From Octopus vulgaris (lineage: Eukaryota): DNA of 64,000 nt. The DNA lies in the NCBI GenBank assembly GCA_951406725.2, contig OX597822.1, positions 100,502,001 to 100,566,000 on the forward strand, given 5' to 3'. The translations under genes and the position numbers were made by a program. Shown here piece by piece: positions 39,476 to 53,725 of the stretch. Every line of letters begins with the position of its first letter. Positions within the stretch are counted from its first letter, which is position 1. The notes below the pieces were generated by a model. It ran no database searches, was not told the origin of the DNA, and saw nothing but the letters and a program-made list of their open reading frames with translations.

Positions 39476-39702
39476 TCATGCAAATAGTTATGTTAAGGAC
39501 GGCAGACAAGACATCATTGTATATTTGTTTTATGATTGTTTTTATTGTCCTCTTTCGTCGAAATAGTTGTGTTTTGAGATGAAATTAAAACCGCCTTCTG
39601 CTGGATTATAGACTGTATTATGTAACAATGTGAAAAAACATCAATCATTAAAATAAAATAAAAGGTTTATCGACCGCTCTTTTGTAGTCACTCAGATTAC
39701 TA

Positions 39703-39850
39703 TCTATAATAATAAACGCGAAATTCTGTCTGTCCGTCTGGGACCCCTATATCTCAGTTTACCTTTTTCCTAGATAGACACATTATTCCTTTTTGAAATC
39801 AGGATGATCCTGAGATTGAAAATCGGCTCTTCATTTGGTTCTTGAACATC
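39703..39850 (+). mobile_element. Helitron-like 5' end fragment
   Basis: A|TCTATAATAATAAACGCG followed by ctgtctgtcc. Confidence 0.4.
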
Positions 39851-39941
39851 CAGCATTGGGATTAGGTCTGGACGAGGGTTTGTTGTATGCTAACAGTTGA
39901 AAATTCAAATTTTAAAAGAACTCTAAAAATTTGTGTCTGTT

Positions 39942-39977
<36 letters not shown>

Positions 39978-40439
39978 GCGCACGAACACACGCACATACA
40001 CACGAACACACATACGTGTATGTATGTATGTATGTATGTATGTATGTATACTATACACACACACATACATACATAAATCCATACAGGCATATGCATAAGC
40101 GCGTTTGTGCAAGTGTTTGTATTCATGGGTGTGCGTGAGAGCCTGTATAGTCAGTATTTCCTCATTAATCTCTTCGAAGTGATACAGGTCACTTTGTGAC
40201 AATACCCTTCGACCCAGAGGAAAACTGTGGACATCGTCCATTTTGTAAATGACGTTTCTTTTCAACCAATCATTTGTCAATTCACTGGAATTTATTTTAC
40301 GTTATCATCGCACAACAAAGACCATTATAAATAGACATATTAGACATACCTCTTGTTAAGGTGTGTGTGTGAATAAATATTTGAGCATACATAGTCATAT
40401 ACACATATGCATCTAACTTGTACAGATTCCCACGTATAC

Positions 40440-40473
<34 letters not shown>

Positions 40474-40908
40474 CAATCCAATATGTATATATACATAATT
40501 ATTGCGCCTTTTCTCAACAAATTTTATTCAACAAAAACAATAACAACATGTAACAAAAACCTTCTTTAAATGATTATTCCGGAGCATATTCACCATCTAC
40601 TTCAATTACTGCTTTCCATTTGCTTGGCAGACGGTCAGACCGTCATTTAAAGATGTTTTTGTTAAAATATTGTTATTGTTTTTTTTATTGAATAAATTTT
40701 GTTGGGAAAAAGCTGCAATTATGCACCAGCCCAATAATTACACACACATACATGCATATCTGTCAGTCTGTCCGTCTGTCTGTGTCTATCTGTGTCTGTC
40801 TGTGTCTGTCTGTCTCTGTCTCCCTATGTATGTATGTATGTATGTATGTATGTATGTATGTATGTATGTATGTATGTATGCATGTATGTATGTGTGTGTG
40901 TACGTACG

Positions 40909-40984
<76 letters not shown>

Positions 40985-41151
40985 AAATCATACATAAGAT
41001 AAAAATCAGTAACCGCAGGAAATTGTTCGTGACTTATGTCGAGAGTAATTATATAAAGAACCATTTAATAAGTTTATTAACAATGATGAGTGAATTATCT
41101 AACGTTTTGGATCCTTCTACTTTGTCAAAGATTATGGAAGAAAGAGCGATT

Positions 41152-41222
<71 letters not shown>

Positions 41223-41240
41223 TGTGTGTGTGTGTGTGTG

Positions 41241-41279
<39 letters not shown>

Positions 41280-41799
41280 ATGTGTGTGTAAAGGAAAAGG
41301 AATTTGTATGATATATTACGTAAAGTTTAAAGTGGTTGTTATTAAGTATTGAATGCAGAAGGCTGATGTGTTCCCCTTACCGCCCTATCATAATTCATAG
41401 CATAATCTCGACTCACATTTATGGAATGGCCTCTCCTAATTTGTGTCATGAATTTGAAAATAAAATTGGAGAAAAAAAAATGAGCAAAAAAAAAATCCAA
41501 AAATAGAAGTATCGATGACGGATCTGTTGTGGGTTTTCGGAAATAACACAAGAAACCTACCTTTATTAAATCATCTTAATTTCCCATTTTTTGTTTTCGT
41601 GTTTTCAGACTATCCCACCTTACTAATGAGCATAAAATGCTGAGTGACATTGACCTTGCTTAAAAAATCTCTTTCCTCCTCTTACAAACCTGTAGCAATT
41701 TAAATTAAGAAATATCCATACCTACCTCAAAATAGAAAGAAGGAAAAAAGAAACAAAAAATAGCCTGAGAAAACTATGAACTTTCTCTTTCTGCTTACA

Positions 41800-41840
41800 T
41801 ATCTTTGCCGCCCAACCCCGTTCTTCAGCCAATAAGAAAG
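41800..41840 (-). promoter_or_regulatory. Candidate promoter: GC box + NF-Y CCAAT upstream of minus-strand donors
   Basis: CCGCCC 41808-41813, CAGCCAATAAG (CCAAT 41829-41833); minus-strand AG|GTAGGT at 41726/41725 and 41561/41560. Confidence 0.4.
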
Positions 41841-42029
41841 CAATTTTGATTGCGTGCGAATTTACAATGGACTAACATTGTAGAATTTACTGGAAATGTC
41901 GATTTTAACCAAATTCTTTCTGATACCTGCTAACTTTAAATGTGGGATGTATGTATGTATGTATGTATGTATGTATGTATGTATGTATGTATGTATGTAT
42001 GTATGTATGTATGTATGTATGTATGTATG

Positions 42030-42151
<122 letters not shown>

Positions 42152-43505
42152 CCTATTTATTTACCGTGGCGAAAACATTCCCTTTCTAAATTCGCATCTC
42201 TATAAATAAATTTAGATTAAAGATTTTCTTGTCGAGCAGAAAAGAGAAGAAAAACGTCTGGATAGAGTGAAAAATCAAAATAATAAAAAAATTTCTGTAG
42301 AAAAGAATTCATTAGATTTCCGGCATTTTTGTTCTTTTGTAATAGCAGTGATTTTTTCTTTTTAAAAAAAAGTATCAAAGTAAATATAGTAAGAAAGAAC
42401 ATTCTGGAGTTTTCAGAATAAGCCCTTAAATTGCCGCTAACAATACATACGCTCGCAATGAATTCATATTAAGATAAAAATATTCGTTACAATCTTAAAA
42501 AGAACATATTAAAGAGGGGGAAGGGAGGAAACCATAGAAAAGGGAAGACTAAAAAAACGACCGAAGGAAATGAATTTATGATTCTAAATTATTGGTCGAT
42601 CAAACGCGAGTCGGCAATATTCCAAGCTTTTGGTCTGTTTGTGTTTTTTATCCATTGCAAAACTGCTTTTCTCCAGGTTGGGAAATTGCCATGAAAGGGG
42701 GCCCTCGACCAATGTATTTCAAGTTTACGTTGTTTCTACCACAAATGGTGTGCCATTCATGCAACCATCACAACCATTAGATTATACACAGCCCTAGTTA
42801 AAAGAAGGTGTGAGGCAGATGAATGAAGATAAAATCACAGGACAAACAGTAACAATTTTGGCCAGGTGAATGTCACAGATTTGTTGGGAAGGAAAGAAGC
42901 TACAATTTTGGTGAGGAAAAAACAAAAACAAAATTTAGGCTAGGAAATAAGTCTAAATAAGGTAAAGAGTCAGAATTATATTTAGGAAAACTCGGAATTT
43001 TGGCTACAAAATGTCGCATAAGCTATCTAAAACTGTGAAAACAGGTATAAATAGACTCCAGCACACTACGTCCATTAGACAAGACGTTCTTTAAAAGCAA
43101 ACAGCCAACAACATATGCAAGAGTCTTGTTTTAGTGGATCCAACTCAAATTAGACTTCCATTCTGCAATGCTTCATACAAATATTCTACATGAGTGATCC
43201 AAGGACTTAATTTTTCTCGGAACCCTTTTGCGAATTTCACAAAATCGCGGAACCAGTACATATATTTTATAGAGGAGAGCCACTTGACCGATCGGCATTC
43301 TATCACTGAAACACACGCGCCCTTGTTCTGGATTACAAACATAATGTCCCCTTTCTCTGTCTTTTTTATCTCTATTGTTATGGTCTCTGTTCCTTGGAGA
43401 TGGCTGGTCTCGTATCTTCATCACCCAGGTACTCCTGACTCACTCGTCTCTCCACATCTGCGTCCAACCAGTTTATACACACCGGTATACACGCGTGCAC
43501 GCATA

Positions 43506-43541
<36 letters not shown>

Positions 43542-45095
43542 CATACATACATACATACATACATTCATCCGAAATTGCGAAGATAATCTGGTACTTGACT
43601 GAGGAAAGAAAACCTCGAATGACCCGTCCTTGTTTTCTTTGTATCGTCTAGCTGGATGTTTTGTTGTCCCATTTTTGTTTCACCTTACTGTCCTGTCCGG
43701 ATGTTTTGCGCTCTTGTCCCATTTTGTATTTTATATAAATATATATATATAATGGTCTTTTGCACGGTTTCCATTTACTGAACTCTACTCATATACCATT
43801 CGTCAATCCGAGGACTTCAGTGTGGTTGCAAGGCATAATTTTTAACCATACTTCTATACCTGGGGCTAATATATGATTTATTACGATTATTTTTTTCAAT
43901 AAACGCAAAAAAAAGAAAGAAATAATAATAAGTATCACACATTCCGCCAAGAAAATATTTAAATTCAACTGAGAAGGTTTGGCGCCAAATTTCGTAATCA
44001 CGTTACTAAGGAGTAAATGACAATACATAATTACGTCAACAGCTGCTAAGTCGTCCTCAGATCACACCCATGATATCAGATAAATATATATTCGCTTTAC
44101 TTTACACCAGTACAGAGTTTAGATTACATATAACACAATAGATATTATATCATCAAAGGTAAACAAATGCATTGGCACGCACGCACAGCTACACAAACGT
44201 GCGCACACAACCACTCACTCACGCACACACACACACACACACACGCGCGCACGCACAAATATATGCACTATATATATTTCTTTACTGCCCACAAGGGGCT
44301 AAACATAGAGGGGACAAACAAGGACAGACAAAGGAATTAAGTCTATTACATCGACTCCAGTGCGAAACTGGTACTTTATTTATCGACCCCGAAAGGATGA
44401 AAGGCAAAGTCGACCTCGCCGCCTTAATACATTATATATGCAGTGATTAGTATGTTGTTAGGGATTTCGGTTCGCAACTACATGATTTCGGGTTCGATCT
44501 CAGTGCACGTATCCATGAAAAAAAAGCAAATAGCGTCAATCATAGCTTCGGTTTGACCTTCGCCTTGTCAGCAGAATTTGTTTAAACGGAAACTGTGTCG
44601 AAGCCAGGCGCGTCGAAGGGACCTGACTGTTACTGTTATTAAACCACCTCTTGGCTTTACACCACAAACTGGCCCTTTGGTGCCTTTAGCTGAGTCCAGA
44701 CTGTCGCAAATATTTCGGAGCATTTAAAGTGCCCCCGGTCAGAAGACAGCTTCCTCCCTTCTTTCCACTCGTCTCGGAGGCCTTGTAAAGGGTCACAGAA
44801 GCTTTCCTCCACTGACACACAAAAAAAGAGAAAGACACAATCATGCACAAACTCATACTTAATAAATAACAATAAGTTGGATTTATTTTCTTTTGTTGGC
44901 TGGAGTTATATATATATATATACATTCATTTGTTATTATTTGTTGAATATATTTGTATTTGCTAAACGCCTTCAACCGTGTCTATTTCATTGTCACACCT
45001 AGCGCTTTATTTTCCTTTATCTATAACAAGTGCTTTCTTTATTTTTATTTCATATCATTCAATGACATCAACATCAACAATGACAAGATCGACGG

Positions 45096-45139
<44 letters not shown>

Positions 45140-45178
45140 GTAATAATAATAGTAATAATAATAGTAATAATAATAGTA

Positions 45179-45242
<64 letters not shown>

Positions 45243-45791
45243 TAATAATAATAGTAATAATAATAATAATAATAATTCTTTTGTACAAGACCAACAAATC
45301 GTGGGGAGGGTTAACGTCAATTACATCGACTTCAGTGCATGACTGGTACTTTTTCTTTATCGACTTCAACAGGATCAAAAACAATGCTGACATCTGTGGT
45401 ATTTGAACTCAGAACGTAAAGAGTCGGAAGTACCGCCGTTAAGTAGTTTTGCCTCACGCGCCAATTCACCAACTTGCCACCTTATTATAAATTTGTGCAA
45501 AGCCAGCACATTACCATCAACTGAACAGACACACGTACAAACTTCCAAATATTCAAACATACCTACGCATATATATCAGGCAAAATGAAAATTTTTGAAT
45601 ATACATAATATGATATGATACATAATTCTTCGAAAATGATTTTAAAGTACCCTAAAATTCACCACCTTCTGCTTCAAGTAGGTTACCTCAACAGAAACTG
45701 GTGAATTGTTCCATTCATCCGCATTAAATTCGCTCCTGTCATTCACCTGTACATAGAGCAGTGTATGTTTCTGTCGTTTCCTTCTTATATA

Positions 45792-46170
45792 TATTTCTTT
45801 ACGACCCACAAGGGGCTAAACATAGAGGGGACAGACAAACGGATTAAGTCTATTACATCGACCCCGAAAGGATGAAAGGCAAAGTCGACCTCGGCGGAAT
45901 TTGAACTCAGAACGTAACGACAGACGAAATACCTATTTCTTTACTATCCACAAAGGGCTAAGCATAGAGGGGACAAACAAGGACAGACAAACGGATTAAG
46001 TCGATTATATCGACCCCAGTGTGAAACTGGTACTTTATTTATCGACCCCGAAAGGATGAAAGGCAAAGTCGACCTCGGCGAAATTTGAACTCAGAACGTA
46101 ACGACAGACGAAATACCGCTAAGCATTTCGCCTGGCGCGCTAACGTGTCTGCCAGCTCGCCGCCTTTTTT
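45792..46170 (-). mobile_element. Dimer of SINE family A under one TSD
   Basis: Same junction at 45933/45932; TSD tttccttcttatata at 45777-45791 and 46171-46185. Confidence 0.9.
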
Positions 46171-46390
46171 TTTCCTTCTTATATAGAGTGTTTAGTGGTA
46201 GTTGAAGAAGTTAACTGACGATGGTTTGGTAAAACTGGAACTAGCTTGATCAAACGACGAAGAATTTTACACATAGAAAAAGTGGGGCGAAAATACATTG
46301 GTTGTAGTAAACTGCGTCATAAAGTATATAAATAAAATGAACTAAAGGAAATGACTCAGGTATTATTTCGCTTAGCACGATTTTGTCTAT

Positions 46391-46433
46391 GCTTCGCTGA
46401 CGAGATCCATTAATATCGAAACATGTCTGTAGC
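46391..46433 (+). ncRNA. Canonical-core minimal type-I hammerhead ribozyme
   Basis: GCUUCG CUGACGA GAU-CCAUUAAU-AUC GAA ACAUGU C UGUAGC; GUC site, predicted cut after 46427; palindromic stem III ACAUGU. Confidence 0.75.
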
Positions 46434-46490
46434 TGTCACCTTATATGGAAGTTTCACCTATATGTAGCTATATGTAGCTGTCACCTTATA

Positions 46491-46903
46491 CTCTTTTTTT
46501 TTTAACTTAACTTGTTTCAGTCATTTGACTGCGGCCATGCTGGAGCACCGCCTTTAGTCGAGCAAATCGACCCCGGGACTTATTCTTTGTAAGCCCAGTA
46601 CTTATTCTATCGGCCTCTTTTGCCGAACCGCTAAGTGACGGGGACGTAAACACACCAGCATCGGTTGTCAAGCAATGCTAGGAGAACAAACACAGACACA
46701 CAAACATATTCACACACACTTATATATATATACATATATACGACAGGCTTCTTTCAGTTTCCGTCTACCAAATCCACTCACAAGGCATTGGTCGGCCCGG
46801 GGCTATAGTAGAAGACACTTGCCCAAGATGCCACGCAGTGGGACTGAACCCGGAACCATGTGGTTGGTTAGCAAGCTACTTACCAAACAGCCACTCCTGC
46901 GCC
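46491..46903 (-). mobile_element. Full-length SINE family B
   Basis: Near-identical to 29796-30201. Confidence 0.92.
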
Positions 46904-47735
46904 TATGGAACTTATATGGAACTTATATATAAGTTCAAGCATAATTGAACTTATAGCATCATAAGTAGATTTGGTAGAGAGTTTAATCGGACAGACAAAA
47001 TGTCTTGCAGTATTTCTTCCGGTGTTCCGCGTTCAATTATCGCCCTGGTTAACTTTGTTTTTCATCCTACCATCATTATGCTATTTCGCACCGATTTCGT
47101 AGCTAATATTTTATGCTGATGCCTCTATGATGTCATAACGTCATAACGTTTTTATTACGCCTTTATCTCATAATACAGGCTTACATCATTATGATATCAT
47201 AAGCATACATCTTTCCTAAATCATTTCTCACTTAAGAACATTAGACCTTATTCGTTACTGTTATTGTGTAAATGGTCACGAGTAGCGTGACCAATTTGTC
47301 TTTTTACATCACTATTTCATGTGTCTTTTTTTCATCCATTCTTCACTATTTCTTATTTATATTGGTAGACAATGGCATATGTGTGATTCAAGGGATGTTG
47401 GACAGTAATTTTAAACAGGTCAAGCGATAACGTAGTCACTCCCTGATTAAATAGCTATTACTCATTGATGAATACTTAAAGGCCGCAGAAAATACTTCGA
47501 TTATCTGTTTGAAATGTTTCGCTATACTAACATTGTTAATGCTCGTGGGAACGTGTTAGATGTTGCATTTTGAGTATTTATTTTTCTCTCGCTTTTAAAC
47601 TGTGTTGGCTTTGTGTCGATATGTAAGAAAACATTAGCTATTAGTAATGCAATCATTTGTCTGCTGTTACTCTTTTTTATTGTCAGAACGGTACCACCAA
47701 ATATGATACGCCTGCTTTTGTTTCATATATATGTA

Positions 47736-47885
47736 CAGGGTGTTCAAAAAGTCTCTCCGCAGTAAGTGTTTTATTGCAAAAAAAAATATATATTAGACCT
47801 TACAAGACTTCAAGAAACTTGAAAAAGGTGTTGCAAGTGTCGTCCTTAATTTTCAGTACTCTTCTACACATGTTTTGAAATACAT
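47736..47885. mobile_element. Solo Tc1/mariner-like end
   Basis: TA|CAGGGTGTTCAAAAAGTC; no partner TIR seen. Confidence 0.4.
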
Positions 47886-47890
47886 CTTGG

Positions 47891-47931
<41 letters not shown>

Positions 47932-48070
47932 AGAAATAATGGTTCCAACTTTTTGGCGCAAAGCCAGTCATTTCGGGGATGGGTGAAGCCGATTTCATCG
48001 ACACCAGAATTTAACTGGCATTCATTTCATCGAACCCAAAAAGATGAAAGGTCAAGTCGAATTTGAACTC

Positions 48071-48195
<125 letters not shown>

Positions 48196-48338
48196 CAATC
48201 TGATATCTCTATTTTAATGGACTACCAATGTATACAGTGCATTTCTCTGCCCTAGGTGTCAGGAAGACACTCGGCAAGAAATGCAAACAGAATTGAAACA
48301 TGATACTGAAAATAATAATAATAGTAGTAATAATAATG

Positions 48339-48406
<68 letters not shown>

Positions 48407-48458
48407 CAAAGAAGAAACATGATCCATACATACATACATACATACATACATACATACA

Positions 48459-48492
<34 letters not shown>

Positions 48493-48828
48493 CATACATA
48501 CATACATACATATATGTGTGCATGTCGTTTCAGAAAATAATAAGAAATCTTTTGGACAAAAGATTTGGATAAATACAAAAGATGTGTGACAGTTTTATTG
48601 TCACTATCGCCATGGAAAATAATAGACGCGAGCAGAAGGGAATTATCAATACGTCAGAAAGTGGTTATTAATTATATATATTTTCATAATGATAGGATTA
48701 GTGTTTTGTTTCAATCAGATGCGTCTTTCATGATTTGCCCCTCATATATAAAGTATATGTGTGCGTGAGCAAAGCTTTATTATTTATCATAAATATGTAC
48801 GTATGTGTGTGTGTGTGTATATATATAT

Positions 48829-49015
48829 AGGGAGAGTTCACGAAAAAATAAAAACAAAAGACGAAGACAGGTGGTGTACAAAACAAACAACGCTCAGGAA
48901 TAGAAAAAGTCTTTTACGTTTCGAGCTTACGCTCTTCTACAGAAAGGGACACAGAAAAAAAAAACAAGGAGAGAAAAAAAAATGTGTGTAGTGGCTAACG
49001 ATCTATCATGGCGTC
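48829..49015 (-). mobile_element. Penelope-like pLTR fragment, family H copy 1 (contains hammerhead variant 48909-48950)
   Basis: Homologous to 53726-53960 and 63486-63775; abuts (TA)n; PLE assignment inferred from the ribozyme type. Confidence 0.65.
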
Positions 49016-49042
49016 TGACATATATGTATGTGTGTATATATG

Positions 49043-49289
49043 TCCCGAAAGAGATCAAAGAGGAACAGGATCCCATCAACTTTAAACGGAGTCTGGATAG
49101 ATTCCTTCAAGGAATACCAGATAAGCCACCCATAATTGGATACAACTCAGCCAACAAAAACTCACTACTTGAATGGACCATAAGCAAAACTTGACTTAAA
49201 CAGGATTCAAATAATCCTATCAGGTGGTGCTATTAAGTTAGACATGGCCTGGACCAATCATTGGTCGAAACACATCTAAGTTTTATCTA

Positions 49290-49294
<5 letters not shown>
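49043..49294 (+). mobile_element. 5'-truncated CR1/L2-group LINE 3' end
   Basis: PKEIKEEQDPINFKRSLDRFLQGIPDKPPIIGYNSANKNSLLEW; 3'UTR GGTGGTGC..CATGGCC-hairpin-GAAAC; atctaagttt tail repeat. Confidence 0.85.
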
Positions 49295-49376
<82 letters not shown>

Positions 49377-50084
49377 TTCACGTTTACAAGGTGTGTAGTC
49401 AAACTGGTTGCATTTTATATAAAAGAAAAAGGTAAAATAAATCTGAATGTGTTAATTCTTGAAATTCATTGAAATACGCCTTTAATTGAGATATATTTGA
49501 ATAAAATATATGCCTGTATATGTCTTTATATACACCGCGTCTACATTATTCATTGTAAACAACATAACACAAGAACACCAGGCGACAAAAGAGTTAGTAC
49601 AAGTTTGTGTCAACGTTTATGTCCATGCCCTACATTGACTTACCTTAAGCATCTACAAATAAAACATGGCATCTCATAATCCTTTCTTCCGATCGCAACA
49701 GTGCAAACATACTTGAATTGCAGCAATGAGGATAGGAGAATTTAAATAGCCATTGCTGAAAAATTTGATATATCGCTGCTTTAAAATTTTGGTACCAGAT
49801 CATCACTGATCCCAGTGTTCAACTGCTACTTATTTTATCGACCCGGAAAGGATGAAAGGCAACGTCGACCGCGGTGGAACTTGAACTCAGAACGTAGAGA
49901 CGCCAAGCGTTTTGCCCGGCGTGCAAAGGACTCTGCCAGCTCCTTGCCTTAGAGAAATATAATATATGAACTCGTGTGTTCAAAAAAAAATGTGGTATTT
50001 TTGGACGGTTATTATGCCAATAAACACACACACACACACACTGGTTCAATTTCACTTCTTTATTATTAGTCAATCAACTAATCT

Positions 50085-50315
50085 TATAGCTGGTTTAATT
50101 GGTCGGTTACACAATCAATATTATAGAAAATACAAAGTTGATATCGCCAATAGACATAGCAAACACCGCAGGGTTTAAAGGAACCTACTGAAGCAAGCCA
50201 GCTCGCTCACAGCGTTACCACGGGCGATGGCGAGGCTAAGGCGTTGAGAAAGTCAAGCACCCTCACGAGCAACACCTGACACCTCGATGAGGCGAGCTGC
50301 CAACGTTTTTAAACT
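50085..50315 (-). mobile_element. CRE-clade (REL) non-LTR retrotransposon C-terminal fragment
   Basis: 50315-50175 reads SLKTLAARLIEVSGVAREGA*LSQRLSLAIARGNAVSELAC, matching the QRLSxAIxRGNA terminal motif. Confidence 0.75.
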
Positions 50316-51332
50316 CTCTAAACCGCGTCTTAGTCTAGTTTGGAATTAGTTCGTTTTATCTATGTGATTATCTTTCCGTCGATTGATTGTGACCAAAATG
50401 GAACAGTGAAAGCTCCATGGCCCAAGGGTTAAGGTGTTCGGCTCACAATCATAATGTCGTCGATTCAATTCCTGGGCCGAACGGCGCGTTGTGTCCTTCA
50501 GCAAGACACTTCATTTCACGTTGTTATCTACTCAACTGAAAATGAGTAACACTGAAGTGTTGGTTCTGGCTCAGGAATGAAATTTGCTTAATGGGCGCAA
50601 ACCCAGGTCCAAAAGTTTTTTACAGACAAGGTCTTGTTTTTTTTTATTTTTTATTTATTTTTGCTATTTGTTTTTTCATAAGAAACCTAACTTTAAGCTA
50701 CTTTTTATCCAACACTTTTTACGTAGTTTTCTAAACCCAAGAAATATAAAACAGGGGTGCAAATTTTGATTTTGTATCCCCACCAAAATTTTAGGAGTTG
50801 CGCTTACACCTCGTACACCCACTGTTCCTGGATCCATGAATGCTGGTGTAGAACTCTTTCCATCTAGCTGAGTATGCTATTGAGTCAAAGGGTGAGAAGG
50901 TCGTAAGAGTGTCTATGTCTGCTCGCGACTACATAAGCACCTTAAACAATTACCAAAAGCATTATACACGCTACCAAGTGATAAAGCTATATTTTTTCAC
51001 AGGTGACGTCTGGCTCCTTTATGATAGGTCAATGTTTGGATCAAGGCAAAAATTGATTTAATGTCGATCATCGATCCCAATATTTTGTTTTAGCAATCTA
51101 GGAGGGATGAAAAACAAAGGTGACCACAGCAAAATTCGAACTCGGTTCGACCAGACCCTCACCTGGCAACCTGTTAATAATCATGACGCATACTATTGGC
51201 GACGTTTTGCTTTTGACAGTATACTCATGGTATGACCACCTCACACACAAACTTCTTACCTCTCAGTCCCATTACCTCTCTATTGACCACACCCGCATTC
51301 TTTCACACACGCTATATCTTTCTTTCAGTATG

Positions 51333-51422
<90 letters not shown>

Positions 51423-51724
51423 GTAAGCACACCGATACATGTAAGACACACTTGACTTGCAAAGTCATCTGTTGTTAGTCACTGTTTCTTTTTGTACAAT
51501 CAAGAACCTGGTCAGGTGATTTCTTTTATAGCTTTATTTATATATGTGTGTGGGCAGGGGTTGCACGCACACAGACACACACACACACATACACACACGC
51601 ACGCACACACACCACAAATTTAGCTATATGAATGTTTACAGAAACACATACTGTGTCCACAGGTCCATATCAGAATATATATATGTGTATGTATATATAT
51701 ATATAATTCAAATCGGATCATGTT

Positions 51725-51947
51725 AACACTAAAAATTATTTACATCAAAAAGGTGCTTTTTTTCTTTGAAAATCCCTATTTTTTACGATTTTTTTACTGC
51801 TGAGTCGCCATTTTTCGGTGTATTTCAACCAGAAAAATGTTCACTTAAAGAGAATAACAAGCTACATAATGCAAAATTTTTACTTTTCAAAAATTCCAAT
51901 TCTAAAGGGTCGAAACAAACCCGAGCAGCGCCGGGCGATACTGCTAG
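51725..51947 (+). mobile_element. Helitron 3' end
   Basis: Hairpin cccgagcagcgccggg, then cgatactgCTAG|T. Confidence 0.75.
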
Positions 51948-52529
51948 TTTATCGATATCAAGGCAATGTTGAACTCGGCTGGATAAGAACCCAGAACACC
52001 ACAGAGGAGGCAATTCAGTGGCTTGTATCGACGCATGATTGTCAACACAGTTACATATAAGCAATACAATGATCCTGCAAACAACTACTGAGCTGTATAG
52101 AAACTGGTAGAGTGTAAGTAGGTGGGGGTGATTTCGTAGCCATTTCTTGCAGTTTGTGCCAGCACTTACAGACTCCTGCGTTGGCTCGTAATATATAACC
52201 AGTTGCCGTTAATATTGCTCACTTCCAGCTTAGCTCTGATCAAGCAGGTTTATAATCAAAGACATTCCAGCCATAACCATCCCGTCTTTATATTCGCACA
52301 GTTTCTCTAAGATGACCCCAACATGTCCACTCTTTTTAATGTTCTGCTTTAAACTGAGGGAGATTCGGCCGCTCTTTCTTGCAAGGCGAGCGACCACGCA
52401 CACGCTCACTCATTTGCTTTTGATATAATCCGTTGGTCTAGGAACAGGGAAGCTTTTAATTGACACAATACAGATGGAAAGTAGGTCCGATGCGAACAAC
52501 CGAAACATTTGACAGGTTATCTGGTACAC

Positions 52530-53050
<521 letters not shown>

Positions 53051-53725
53051 TCATAACTTCCTTCTTTCCTGTCATTTTTTGATGTTTTAACACTTGGTTT
53101 GCTTTATAAATAAGTGTCGTTTCCTGTCGAGCTGAGTATTATTACACCATCATCCCAATTTCCTCTCAAGTTGCTGACTCTATACTATATGTTATTCCCC
53201 ATTTACACTTAAATCCACTCCATGTACCCGTCTTGCCTCACACCTTTACAATTGATGTGCCTTAACTTCCCCTAAACGCCGTACTTTAAATAAACCCCCT
53301 TTTCCCTTCTTTTTCTTATTTTATCTTCACACTTGCATCTTTCTTACTCCATACTTTTTTTTTTCTCCCTCTGACCATTCAAGCTGATATGTTAACTGTA
53401 TTAATCCTAGCCAGTAATTTTAATCCACCCAGGTGGTCTTTAAACACCTGTCGAAGTGTTGTTCCTCATAATACCCCAAACATAATTTTATATCACAACA
53501 CAAAAACATAGATGACATATGAAGTATATTTATATATATATTTTATTCGTATGAACAGTATACTTTGCATGGGAACATTGTCTGATATAGACACATGTTT
53601 TTAAAGTCAAAACAATGCAAATAACGAGAGAAAAAAAAAGAAAAACAAGACAAGTAATACAAAGAATGACCCTTCATCAGTTTTCGTTTGTTTACCATCT
53701 CCCCATTTCGATACATATATATATA

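Noticed and set aside
40140-40280. Minus-strand peptide MDDVHSFPLGRRVLSQSDLYHFEEINEEILTIQ
   Set aside because: Looks protein-like but has no GT donor and runs into microsatellite; unsupported.
43145-43490. Overlapping 60-130 aa ORFs
   Set aside because: No recognisable homology or splice signals; consistent with chance.
53665-53712. Minus-strand CTGATGA in a repeat fragment
   Set aside because: No downstream stem II-GAAA arrangement.
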